Source: an uncultured bacterium (GTDB lineage Bacteria > Fermentibacterota > Fermentibacteria > Fermentibacterales > JCC-6). From it: a stretch of DNA of 64,000 nucleotides. Within the stretch, counting starts at the first letter, position 1. Each line of letters opens with the position of its first letter. Made by a program: the position numbers and the translations under genes. The notes under the pieces are model-generated. The model saw only the letters and a program-made list of their open reading frames with translations, did no database searches and had not been told where the DNA came from. The stretch covers positions 24,188 through 88,187 of the forward strand of contig CAYREX010000002.1 of the NCBI GenBank assembly GCA_964423505.1. The letters are read 5' to 3'. Shown piece after piece: positions 17,424 to 32,253 of this stretch.

Positions 17424-18172
17424 CGCTCCAGCACCTCCCTCGCAAGGTTCAGATAGCCGAGCGCGCCGGCGCACCTGGCATCGTACATGAGAACCGGCCT
17501 GCCGTAGCTCGGGGCCTCCCCCAGCCTCACGTTCCTGGGGATCCTCGTCCTGAACAGCAGGTCGCCCAGCTTGCTCCCCACCTCTCCGGCAACCTCGTTG
17601 CTCAGCTTCAGCCTCGAGTCGTACATGGTCAGGAGCACGCCTCCGAAGACCAGCCCCGGGTTCCACCTGCTCCTGACGTACCTCATGGTGGTCATCAGGT
17701 GCGAGAGGCCCTCCAGGGCGTAGTACTCGCACTGGAGGGTGACGAGGACCTCGGTCGCCGCCACGAGGCCGTTCAGGGTCAGGAGCCCCAGTGAGGGCGG
17801 GCAGTCGATCAGCACGAAGTCATAGCCCGATGCCTGCTCCTCCAGCGCCTCGGCCAGGAGGAACTCCCTCTGCTCGACCTTGGCCAGCTCTATCTCCAGG
17901 CCGGCCAGCTCCCGGGAGCCGGGGACCGCCCAGAGACCCTCTACGCATGTCTCCCTCACCACATCGGACAGCTCTGCCCTGCCGAGGAGCAGCTCGTATA
18001 CGCTCTCACCCTCTCCGGAGAGGCCGATACCGCTGGTGGCGTTCGCCTGGGGGTCGATGTCCACCAGCAGGACGTTGCGCTCGTACATGGCAAGGCTCGC
18101 CGCGAGGTTTATGGCGGTAGTGGTCTTCCCCACGCCGCCCTTCTGGTTGGCTATCGCGATGGTTCGGGTCAT
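17420..18172 (-). CDS. parA: chromosome partitioning ATPase ParA (Soj)
   Basis: [28 protein letters not shown]; deviant Walker A. Confidence 0.9.
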   Translation of the reverse strand: MTRTIAIANQKGGVGKTTTAINLAASLAMYERNVLLVDIDPQANATSGIGLSGEGESVYELLLGRAELSDVVRETCVEGLWAVPGSRELAGLEIELAKVEQREFLLAEALEEQASGYDFVLIDCPPSLGLLTLNGLVAATEVLVTLQCEYYALEGLSHLMTTMRYVRSRWNPGLVFGGVLLTMYDSRLKLSNEVAGEVGSKLGDLLFRTRIPRNVRLGEAPSYGRPVLMYDARCAGALGYLNLAREVLER

Positions 18173-18819
18173 CCGGGCTCCAACCCTTCCTCGTCGGCTC
18201 TGTCCTCGTGGATATGGGGCAAAGGCGGACCGTGACAGCACCGATACTGCACCAACGCCCCGCTACGGTCAAGCGGAGGGACGGGCAGCGACAGGATGAC
18301 GGCCGGCGCCGGTTCCTCCAGGGGCGGAGATGGGAGCCGCAGGGTGAGCGTGAGCGCCGCCTCCCCGCGGCCCCGGGAGGGTATCTCCTCCAAGAGCCTC
18401 TCCGGCGGAGCGACCGCCCTTGCGGCGAACTGGCGGCGCGTGCCGAGGAATGCGGCCGACTCCAGCCTCTCCCCGACGACCTCCACTCCCTCCAGCCCCA
18501 TCTCCCTGGCCGCCAGCTCCAGGAAGAGACGTCTCTTGCGCCTCGGCTCGAGAAGCAGCATCGGAAAGCCCATGGAGGCGAGCACCAGCCCGGGGAAGCC
18601 GGCGCCCGAGCCCACGTCCACCGTCTCCACCCCCGGGTCGAGCAGCAGCGCGTACGCCGCGGACTCGAGGAAGTGGCGCGGCCAGAGCCTGCCCATCTCC
18701 GAGGGGCCGACCAGGTTCACCCTCCCCGAGCGCTCCTCCAGCAGGGCGGCCATCGTCTCCATCCGCTCCAGGGTCCCCTCTGCCAGGTCGAGCCCCAGGG
18801 CGGCGGCGTCCGCCATCAT
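18169..18819 (-). CDS. rsmG: 16S rRNA (guanine527-N7)-methyltransferase RsmG (GidB)
   Basis: ...[22 protein letters not shown]...[15 protein letters not shown]...; start uncertain (ATG 18819 or GTG 18861). Confidence 0.8.
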   Translation of the reverse strand: MMADAAALGLDLAEGTLERMETMAALLEERSGRVNLVGPSEMGRLWPRHFLESAAYALLLDPGVETVDVGSGAGFPGLVLASMGFPMLLLEPRRKRRLFLELAAREMGLEGVEVVGERLESAAFLGTRRQFAARAVAPPERLLEEIPSRGRGEAALTLTLRLPSPPLEEPAPAVILSLPVPPLDRSGALVQYRCCHGPPLPHIHEDRADEEGLEPG

Positions 18820-18857
18820 CCTCTCCCGCGGCGGGAGGGGGGCGTGGCCCCGGTGTT

Positions 18858-20669
18858 TCACGTGGAACGTCCTCCACCGGACAGCCAGGCCAGGAGGTTG
18901 CTCACGTCGGATGGCCTCACGCCGGGCAGCCGTGCGGCCTGGCCCATGTTCTCCGGTCTCTCCCTCTCCAGGACCATCCTCGCCTCGGTGCAGATGCTGT
19001 CGATGGACATGTAGCTGACCACGCCGCGCAGGCTCACCCCCGAAGCCCTCCGCATCCGCTCCACCCTGGCCCTGGCCCTGCTCACGTAGGGCGCGTAGCG
19101 CACGTCCAGCATAACGCTGCGGAGAGCCTCCTCCGGCGCATTCCGCAGCGACTCCGCCCGCCTGAGCTCCGACGTCGACGTCCCCGGCCGCCTGCAGAGA
19201 ACCACCCCCGGAACTCCATCTATCCTGACCTCCTCCACGGCCCTCCTCAACCTCTCCGCCTCATCGGCCATCGACCTGGCCTCATCCAGCTCGCGGCCCG
19301 TCAGGGTCCCCAGCCTCTCGGCCAGGGACAGCATCCGCCTACGTGCGTTGTCCGGCCTCAGCCAGAGCCTGTTCTCCGCCCTGGCCGAGAAGAGCCTGTA
19401 GGGCTCCGTGGCCTGACCACTGCAAAGGTCGTCCACAAGCACACCCAGGTAGCTCTCCGCCCGGTCCGGCTCCACCGGATCGAGCCCCAGGGCGCACCTG
19501 GCGGCGTTCGCCCCGGCCAGGAGGCCGAGGGCCGCAGCCTCCTCGTACCCGGACGTGCCGCATACCTGGCCTGCTGCGAAGACGTTCTCCGTCCCGGCGA
19601 GCCTCAGGGTCGCCTCGAGCTCCCCGCCGCTCATGCATGCGTACTCAACCGCGTAACCGTACCTGGAGACGACCGCCCTCTCCAGGCCGGGTACAGTGCG
19701 GAGCATCTCCTCCTGCGCCCTCCTCGGGAGGCTGGTGGAGAGCCCGCTCACGTAGGAGAGCCTGGACCGCCTGCCCATGGGCTCGACGTATACCGGGTGC
19801 GAGTCCCTGTCCGGGAACCTCACGACCTTGTCCTCGAAGCTCGGGCAGTACCTCGGCCCCGTTCCCTCTATCCGCCCTCCGAGGAGCGGCGAGGATCCGA
19901 TGTGCCTCATCGCGGCCTCGGACGTGGACCGACTCGTCCTTGTCCTGAAACACGGCATCCCCTCCTCCGGGAGGCCCGAGTCCGCGGAGAATGAGAACGC
20001 CCCGTGCTCCTCCTGGACTTCCATCCTCTCCCGGTCGATGCTCCCGCTCAGGACCCTCGGGGACGTGCCGGTCTTGAAGCGTTCCACGTGGAACATCCTG
20101 CGGGCGAGGTCCTCGAGCAGCGCCCCTGACGCCACGTCACCCGAGCGTCCGCCCCTCCAGACCTCGTCTCCCCTGAAGAGCCTCCCGCCGAGGAACGTGC
20201 CGGCGGCCAGCACCACGGCGTCCGCCCTCACCTCGCCGAGCCTCCTGCAGAGGACGCCCCCCGGCCTCTCCGTGGCGCCGGCAAGCGCGAGCACCTCGTC
20301 CTCGACCACCTCCACCCCGGCCCTCGCCAGGGCCCTCCCCTGCAGCCGGGCGTAGAGCGCCGCGTCCACCTGCGCCCTCGGGCCCCAGACGGCGGGCCCC
20401 TTCCTCCTGTTCAGCATCCTGAACTGCAGCATCGCCCCGTCGGTCGCCGCCGGCATGGCGCCGCCGAGACCCCGGAGCTCCAGCACCAGGGTCCCCTTCG
20501 CTATGCCTCCTATGGAGGGGTTGCAGGAGAGCTCGCCGATGCCGCTCCTCCTGCATGTCACAACGGTAGCGTCGGCCCCGAGCCTCCGCGCGGCCAGGGC
20601 GGCCTCTATCCCGGCATGTCCGCCGCCTACCACGAGCACCCTTACCGCGCGGGGAGCCCTGCCCGTCAT
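18858..20669 (-). CDS. mnmG: tRNA uridine 5-carboxymethylaminomethyl modification enzyme MnmG (GidA)
   Basis: VLVVGGGHAGIEAALAARRLGA...; the full-length GidA family. ATG 20669 overlaps the mnmE stop (ATGA). Confidence 0.9.
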   Translation of the reverse strand: MTGRAPRAVRVLVVGGGHAGIEAALAARRLGADATVVTCRRSGIGELSCNPSIGGIAKGTLVLELRGLGGAMPAATDGAMLQFRMLNRRKGPAVWGPRAQVDAALYARLQGRALARAGVEVVEDEVLALAGATERPGGVLCRRLGEVRADAVVLAAGTFLGGRLFRGDEVWRGGRSGDVASGALLEDLARRMFHVERFKTGTSPRVLSGSIDRERMEVQEEHGAFSFSADSGLPEEGMPCFRTRTSRSTSEAAMRHIGSSPLLGGRIEGTGPRYCPSFEDKVVRFPDRDSHPVYVEPMGRRSRLSYVSGLSTSLPRRAQEEMLRTVPGLERAVVSRYGYAVEYACMSGGELEATLRLAGTENVFAAGQVCGTSGYEEAAALGLLAGANAARCALGLDPVEPDRAESYLGVLVDDLCSGQATEPYRLFSARAENRLWLRPDNARRRMLSLAERLGTLTGRELDEARSMADEAERLRRAVEEVRIDGVPGVVLCRRPGTSTSELRRAESLRNAPEEALRSVMLDVRYAPYVSRARARVERMRRASGVSLRGVVSYMSIDSICTEARMVLERERPENMGQAARLPGVRPSDVSNLLAWLSGGGRST

Positions 20670-21946
20670 TTCCCCGCGCACATCCTGGCCAGGGCGCCCT
20701 CGACCGCTCGCTCCAGGCAGCCGCTCCCGTCCGTCATGTTGCGGAGAAGCTCCAGCGCCTCACCGGTCATCTGTGCGGAAAGCGCCCAGTCACCGTCGCC
20801 CATCGCTCCCGCGGCATCCTCAAGACCCTCTTCGACCGCCTGCAGCAGGGTCTCCCCTCCGCGCAGCCGGACCAGCTCCGCGACAGACCGGCCGAGCCGG
20901 GCCACGCCCTCTCCGGTGGTTCCGCTCACCCCGATGGCAGCATCCGGCGCGGGGCTCTGGTCGCACCTGCTAGCCACGCGAACCACGCGGCCGGCGGCAT
21001 CAAGGAGGGCGGGAGGCGGCTCCAACGATGCCCCGGGGGACATCCATACAACCACGTCCGACTCACGGAGACCCTCCAGGAAGAGGGCGAAGGCCTCGGC
21101 GTCCAGGCCGCTGCCGCCGTATCCGGCGGTGTCCAGCAGCTCCACCTCCAGGCCTCCGAGTGAAGCGGGAGCGCTCCTGCCGTCCCTCGTCGTGCCCGGC
21201 TGCTCCGAGACCAGGGCCATCCGCCTCCCGACCAGCCTGTTGAAGAGTGTCGACTTCCCCGCGTTGAACGGTCCGGCCAGGACCAACCTGGGCGAGCATG
21301 CGATGGACGCTATCCGGTCTCCCAGCGCCCCGGCCCGGGCGGCCAGGCCGGAGAGCCGCTCCATCAGCTCCTCCCCCCCGAGTCCGCCCCCGTGCCTCTC
21401 GCCCAGCTCTATGGACCCAGCCAGGTCCTCGTGGAGCGCCTCCAGGTCCCCTTCGAGCCTGCGCGCCTCCTCGCCCGGGGGAGGGCCGGACCACTCGCCG
21501 CGCCAGGCATCTGCCAGCTCCAGCACGTCCATGGAGGACATCCTGCCGGAGATCCACGCTCGCCTGGTGAGCTCACCCGGCTCCGCTGGCAGGGCGCCCT
21601 CGGACTCGAGGAGCCTCGCCAGCCTGTCCAGGCGCTCCTGCACGCCGTGGCAGATGAGCTCCACCATCTCCTCGCCGGTGTAGCTCCTCCCCTCCGGCCA
21701 TGAGAGCGCGACCACCCCGTCCACCGGACCTTCGGCGTCGTGCACGCGGCCGACCGCCCTCCTCATCCCGGCCAGCCTGCCGGCGGGCAGACGCATGAGG
21801 CGCTCCACCATCCGCGGGGAGCCGCTGCCGGCAAGCCTCATCACCGCCAGGGCGGAGCTGCCCCTGGGGGTCGCCTGGGCGTAGACCACCACCCGGTGGT
21901 CACGGCCGGCGTCAGAACTGCTGCCCGGAGAGGCTTGACCGGTCAT
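20666..21946 (-). CDS. mnmE: tRNA modification GTPase MnmE (TrmE)
   Basis: G-domain GPFNAGKSTLFNRL...DTAGY; C-terminal ...CAGK. Confidence 0.85.
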   Translation of the reverse strand: MTGQASPGSSSDAGRDHRVVVYAQATPRGSSALAVMRLAGSGSPRMVERLMRLPAGRLAGMRRAVGRVHDAEGPVDGVVALSWPEGRSYTGEEMVELICHGVQERLDRLARLLESEGALPAEPGELTRRAWISGRMSSMDVLELADAWRGEWSGPPPGEEARRLEGDLEALHEDLAGSIELGERHGGGLGGEELMERLSGLAARAGALGDRIASIACSPRLVLAGPFNAGKSTLFNRLVGRRMALVSEQPGTTRDGRSAPASLGGLEVELLDTAGYGGSGLDAEAFALFLEGLRESDVVVWMSPGASLEPPPALLDAAGRVVRVASRCDQSPAPDAAIGVSGTTGEGVARLGRSVAELVRLRGGETLLQAVEEGLEDAAGAMGDGDWALSAQMTGEALELLRNMTDGSGCLERAVEGALARMCAGK

Positions 21947-21956
21947 GAGGAGGCCG

Positions 21957-23672
21957 TCAGGAGGCCCTCCCGGCCTCCCGCTCCAGCTTCTTCTTGATGA
22001 GCTCCTGCTGTCCGATGGTCAGCAGGTTGTTGGTGAACCAGTAGAGCGTCAGTCCCGCGGGGAACCGCATGAAGAGGAAGGTCATGAAAACCGGCATCAG
22101 GTAGAGCATGCCCTTCTGTCCCTGGTCGGTCATGGTCATCTTCTGCTGGACGAACATGGCGGCGCCCATGAGCACGGCCAGGATACCTATCCCGTGCAGG
22201 CCCAGCAGGGGGCTGTCGAAGGGGATCAGTATCTCCGGCCTGGAGAGGTCCTGTATCCAGAGCATGAACGGAGCTCCCCTGAGCTGGACGGAGTTGGCCA
22301 GGACCCTGTAGAGCGCGAAGAAGACCGGCATCTGCATGAGCAGCGGCAGGCACCCGCCCAGCGGGTTGACCCCCTCCTCCCGGTAGAGCTTCTGGAGCGC
22401 CTCCTGCTGCGCCTTGGGGTCGCTCTTGAACTTGGCCTGTATCTCCTTCATCCTGGGCTGTATCTCACGCAGCTTCTGCATGGAGCGGAAGCTCTTGGTG
22501 GTGAGGGGGAGCAGCACCAGCTTTAGAACCACCGAGAGGACGATTATCTTGAGCCCCCAGTTGCCGACGAAGGCGATGACAGAGGTGCTGAACCAGAACA
22601 GCAGCTTGCCTATCTCCCTTATGACCGGCCAGCCGAAGTCGACGATGTTGCCGGTGCCCTCCCCGAGCTCCCGGAGCCTCCTGTAGTCCAGCGGCCCTGC
22701 GTATATCCTCGCGGCAGGGTCCTGCAGCGCTATGGCGGGAGATGTCTCCTCGCTCCCCGGGTAGGCGTAGGCGTATGTCCTCTCGTAGCTCGACGGCATC
22801 ACTATGATGCCGAAGTACTTCGACCTTGTGGCTATCCAGAGGACGTTTCCCGCCTGACGGACCTCCTCGAATCCGCCGGCCCTCTCGGAGCGGACCTTGT
22901 CGGCGTTCCACTGCGCCTGGAAGTAGCCCCGCATTCCCACGTCCTGCTCCGTGACCGGGATGACCCCCGCCTCGATGGCCGTGGTCTGGCCCAGGCCGGA
23001 GGATGCCACTTCGAACCCGTAGAAACCGGGCGAGAAGCGGTACTCGACGGTCTCCCCCCCCGGTCCTTCCAGCCCGACGACGGCGTTGCCGTCCTCCACC
23101 ACCACGGTGTCCGGGGAGTCCGAGACGAACGTAACCTGCCTGCGGAGCCAGGGACCGGCGGCGAGGCTCACGCTGCCGCCGCCCGCAAGCCCGGGCATCG
23201 CCTCGTAGCCGGGCAGCTCCCATCGCACTATCCCCCCGTGCGATGTGGATATTCCCGCCTCTACGATCGGCTCCCCCTCCTGGAGGACCAGGACGGTTAT
23301 GGTCCTCTCCGCCGGCGTCCGGGTGACAGTGGTGTCTGAGAGGATGGCGCTCGTGTCGGCCGGGGCCACGCAGGCCGTGTCCGGTGCCGTCTCTGCGGTA
23401 TCCGGGGTCGATGCCGCCGAATCCAGAGCGGCGGAAGCCGGCGAGCTCCCGGTCACATTGCCCGCAGCGGCCGTATCCTCCGGGGCCCCTGCAGCGGAGG
23501 CCGCATCGGGCGCCGACCCAACACCGGGAGGCTCCACGGTCCCCGCGGCAGCGCCCGCCGCCCCGTCTGGACCGTCATCCCCGCGGGAGCCGCTCCCCAT
23601 GAGCTGCCAGCTCAAGAAGAGGACGACGGCCATCATCCCGGCCGCCAGTAGTAGCCTTGCCTGGTCGCTCAT
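21957..23672 (-). CDS. yidC: membrane protein insertase YidC
   Basis: N-terminal TM plus a periplasmic domain. Conserved C-terminal core (...[16 protein letters not shown]...[13 protein letters not shown]...). Confidence 0.85.
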   Translation of the reverse strand: MSDQARLLLAAGMMAVVLFLSWQLMGSGSRGDDGPDGAAGAAAGTVEPPGVGSAPDAASAAGAPEDTAAAGNVTGSSPASAALDSAASTPDTAETAPDTACVAPADTSAILSDTTVTRTPAERTITVLVLQEGEPIVEAGISTSHGGIVRWELPGYEAMPGLAGGGSVSLAAGPWLRRQVTFVSDSPDTVVVEDGNAVVGLEGPGGETVEYRFSPGFYGFEVASSGLGQTTAIEAGVIPVTEQDVGMRGYFQAQWNADKVRSERAGGFEEVRQAGNVLWIATRSKYFGIIVMPSSYERTYAYAYPGSEETSPAIALQDPAARIYAGPLDYRRLRELGEGTGNIVDFGWPVIREIGKLLFWFSTSVIAFVGNWGLKIIVLSVVLKLVLLPLTTKSFRSMQKLREIQPRMKEIQAKFKSDPKAQQEALQKLYREEGVNPLGGCLPLLMQMPVFFALYRVLANSVQLRGAPFMLWIQDLSRPEILIPFDSPLLGLHGIGILAVLMGAAMFVQQKMTMTDQGQKGMLYLMPVFMTFLFMRFPAGLTLYWFTNNLLTIGQQELIKKKLEREAGRAS

Positions 23673-23893
23673 CTCCTATCCTTCCATTCGTCCGGTACGG
23701 GGTCGTATCCGCCGCGCCTGAAGGGATGGCATCTCAGGACCCTCTTCAGGGAGATGAGCCCGCCCCTGAGCAGCCCGAACCTCTCGATGGCGACCCGCGC
23801 ATATCTGCTGCATGTCGGCGTGTATATGCAGCTGCTCGGGAAGAGCGGCGATATCGCCCTCGAGTAGGCCCTTATGACGATGAGGACGAACCT
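23669..23893 (-). CDS. yidD: membrane protein insertion efficiency factor YidD-like (no canonical start codon in frame)
   Basis: Minus-strand translation ...[66 protein letters not shown] carries the YidD signature. Its TGA overlaps the yidC ATG (ATGA). The open frame (23669-23962) has no ATG, GTG or TTG, so the 5' end is unresolved. Confidence 0.5.
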   Translation of the reverse strand, partial: RFVLIVIRAYSRAISPLFPSSCIYTPTCSRYARVAIERFGLLRGGLISLKRVLRCHPFRRGGYDPVPDEWKDRR

Positions 23894-23912
23894 CGCCGCG
23901 ACGCCCGTTCCA

Positions 23913-24293
23913 CTATCGGAGCTCGTTCTCCATCCTCTCCAGGAGTCCGAGGAAATCGCTCCTCAGCCCCTCCCAGGTGCTCTCCTCCACGCGCCCGACC
24001 GGGAACACCACCACGTCGGCGCCCACCCTGTACCGGTTCTCCATGGCAAGGCTTCTCAGCCTCCGCCTGAACCTGTTCCGGTGGACGGCGGAGCCGCATT
24101 TCGCGGACAAAGAAAACCCCAGGCGAATCATGCCCAGGGAGTTCTTCCTGTAGGAGGCCCGCAAGTCGGAGCCTCTGAACTTCCTGCCGCTCCTGAGCAC
24201 GCGTCTGAACCGCCACGCGCCGCTCAGGGCGAGCCTGCCGGCGTCATCCCCCTCAGGGGACGAGACGCTTGCGGCCCTTCCGGCGCCTGGCAT
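23913..24293 (-). CDS. rnpA: ribonuclease P protein component
   Basis: ...[19 protein letters not shown]... (RNR-x-KRxxR motif). If ATG 24293 is used, the gene overlaps the rpmH 3' end by 41 nt. Confidence 0.75.
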   Translation of the reverse strand: MPGAGRAASVSSPEGDDAGRLALSGAWRFRRVLRSGRKFRGSDLRASYRKNSLGMIRLGFSLSAKCGSAVHRNRFRRRLRSLAMENRYRVGADVVVFPVGRVEESTWEGLRSDFLGLLERMENELR

Positions 24294-24387
24294 TCAGAAT
24301 CTTCCGGCCGCTCCTGGTGGCCATCCGGGCCCTGAAGCCGTGTCTCCTGGCCCGAGATTTCCTGCTGGGCTGGTATGTCCTCTTCAT
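24253..24387 (-). CDS. rpmH: 50S ribosomal protein L34
   Basis: [42 protein letters not shown]. Confidence 0.9.
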   Translation of the reverse strand: MKRTYQPSRKSRARRHGFRARMATRSGRKILNARRRKGRKRLVP

Positions 24388-24640
24388 CTCTACGCCGTCT
24401 TCTCTCCGTGCAATGGCACCGCCTTGACGGTGGTGCATCCTAGATAGCAGTTTCTTAAGCCGCGAGGCCGGTGGTCTCCCCGCCGGCGCAGCGAAGCTGG
24501 AAGTTAGCCATGAAGCTCCTTTCCGTCAAGTACTTGAAGCTCGCCCGCAGCCAGGAGAGGTTTTCAACAATGGTCGCGTCCCCCAGGGGTCTTGCCGGTA
24601 ACAAGTCATTGCAATACAGCCTCTTAGGGCTTTCAGTACG

Positions 24641-24659
24641 TGTGGATAACCGTGTGGAG
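24641..24659. promoter_or_regulatory. DnaA box(es) in the rpmH-dnaA intergenic region
   Basis: Perfect TGTGGATAA (complement of TTATCCACA) at 24641-24649, followed by a 1-mismatch copy TGTGGAGAA at 24653-24661. Confidence 0.5.
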
Positions 24660-24718
24660 AAGAAACACACCTCCCTACGGGACTTAGGTTTATACGCACG
24701 GACGGCAGCGGTGCCCGA

Positions 24719-26050
24719 ATGAGCCCCGAGCAGCTCTGGGAGCTCTGTCTCGACGGGGCCAGGGACGATCTGGACCCGCTGTCCTTCCAGTCCTGGCTGG
24801 AGAAGTCCTCCTTCCGGGAGCTGGACGGCACCCGGATGGTCATCGAGTTCCCCAACGAGTTCACCGCCAGCCACGCCAAGGCGAGGTTCGGCGAGATGCT
24901 GCAGGCATGCCTGAGCAGGATAAGCGGCAGGAACGACCTCTCTCTGGTCTTCTACGGCCCCCCCGCAGAGCCGACGATGACCCCGGCGAGGTCCCGGGAC
25001 AGGGTGAGGCAGAAGGTCCAGGGAGGGGACTACCTCAGGCCCGGCTACACGTTCGAGCGCTTCGTGGTGGGCCCGAACAACCAGCTGGCCTACTCCGGGG
25101 CCGTGGCGGTCACCGCCGATTCCGGTCAGGTCAAGTACAACCCGCTCTTCATCTACGGAGGCGTAGGCCTGGGCAAGACCCATCTCATCCAGGCCATTGC
25201 CCACAAGGTCAAGGAGAGCGGCAGGGGGAGGACATTCAGGTACCTTTCCGCGGAGCTCTTCCTCCAGCAGTACGTGACCGCACTGGAGAGACAGGAGATA
25301 CCGCTCTTCAGGAACAGGTACCTGAACGTGGACTACCTCCTGATGGACGACATACAGTTCCTGAAGGGCAAGGAGAGGACCCAGGAGGAGTTCTTCCACA
25401 GGTTCAACGAGTTCTATCAGAACGGCAAGCAGATAGTGATAACGGCCGACCGGCCGCCTCACGAACTGGAGGACATCGAGGAGAGGCTGGTGAGCAGGTT
25501 CCAGTCCGGCCTCATAGCCGACATCAAGCCTCCCGAGTACGAGACCCGCCTTGCCATCCTTCACCTGCTGGTCAAGGACGAGTCCGTGGAGGTCCCCGAC
25601 GAGGTCCTCGACTACATAGCCTCCTCGATCCGCAAGAACGTCCGTCAGCTCGCCGGAGTCATACACAGGCTGGCGGCCGCGTCCAGGTTCACCGGATGCT
25701 CCATAGACATGGACATGGCGCAGGGCGAGATAAGCTCGTCGCTGGGCGCTTCCTCCAGAGCCCTCACCCCCGGCAGCATAACCTCACGGGTGGCGGAGGC
25801 CTTCGACGTCACTCCGGGTCAGATACGGGGGAAGGAGAGGAAGCGCTCGGTGCTAATACCGCGCCAGGTGGCCATGTCCCTTATTCGCGAGATGACCAGC
25901 CTGTCACTGAAGGAGATCGGCGCCTTCTTCTCCGGACGGGACCACTCCACCGTCCTCAACTCGATAGAGCGCATCGAGAAGCTGAGCTCCGAGGACCCGG
26001 CCCTCGCCAGGAGGATAGAGGACGTAGGGCGCTCCCTCTCCAGCCTTTGA
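24719..26050 (+). CDS. dnaA: chromosomal replication initiator protein DnaA
   Basis: AAA+ Walker A GGVGLGKTHL, the sensor motifs, and the C-terminal DNA-binding domain (...LSLKEIGAFFSGRDHSTVLNSIERIE...). Confidence 0.95.
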   Translation: MSPEQLWELCLDGARDDLDPLSFQSWLEKSSFRELDGTRMVIEFPNEFTASHAKARFGEMLQACLSRISGRNDLSLVFYGPPAEPTMTPARSRDRVRQKVQGGDYLRPGYTFERFVVGPNNQLAYSGAVAVTADSGQVKYNPLFIYGGVGLGKTHLIQAIAHKVKESGRGRTFRYLSAELFLQQYVTALERQEIPLFRNRYLNVDYLLMDDIQFLKGKERTQEEFFHRFNEFYQNGKQIVITADRPPHELEDIEERLVSRFQSGLIADIKPPEYETRLAILHLLVKDESVEVPDEVLDYIASSIRKNVRQLAGVIHRLAAASRFTGCSIDMDMAQGEISSSLGASSRALTPGSITSRVAEAFDVTPGQIRGKERKRSVLIPRQVAMSLIREMTSLSLKEIGAFFSGRDHSTVLNSIERIEKLSSEDPALARRIEDVGRSLSSL

Positions 26051-26264
26051 GCTCTTTTCCACAGGCCCCCGTTGATAACCGGCCCTCTCCGGGGGGGTGT
26101 GGAAAACCCTCTTCCCACTATCCGGCTATCCACATGTTCTCGACGTTCGTGGTTTACGCTGCAAAGGGCCTGCGTATGGCATCTCGACATTTCCACGAGT
26201 ATAATTACAACAGTAAGGATGTTCTCTCTCTGAGTGTCTATCCTGCAGGGTGGAGGAATTCGAT
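26051..26264. promoter_or_regulatory. oriC candidate (DnaA-box cluster plus AT-rich DUE-like tract) between dnaA and dnaN
   Basis: TTTTCCACA (26055-63), TGTGGAAAA (26097-105), CTATCCACA (~26122-30), TTTCCACG (~26200). AT-rich GAGTATAATTACAACAGTAAGGATGTT immediately upstream of the dnaN RBS. Confidence 0.5.
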
Positions 26265-32158
<5,894 letters not shown>

Positions 32159-32253
32159 GCCTGAAGACGGGAGCTTCCGTAGCGAGGGAGCTCGAGTACT
32201 GGAGCAGGGAGAACGCCACCCGGAGCGTTCCCATCCCCTCTGTCGAGAAGGGA

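Noticed and set aside
24455-25666. 403-aa ORF antisense to dnaA. Similar long antisense ORFs exist opposite gyrA (29603-31852), the 1183-aa gene (34399-35796), nnr (1071-2381) and the trifunctional fusion (13371-15860).
   Set aside because: High GC content suppresses stop codons in all frames. The sense frames carry unmistakable conserved proteins. The antisense translations are low-complexity and Arg/Pro/Gly-rich.
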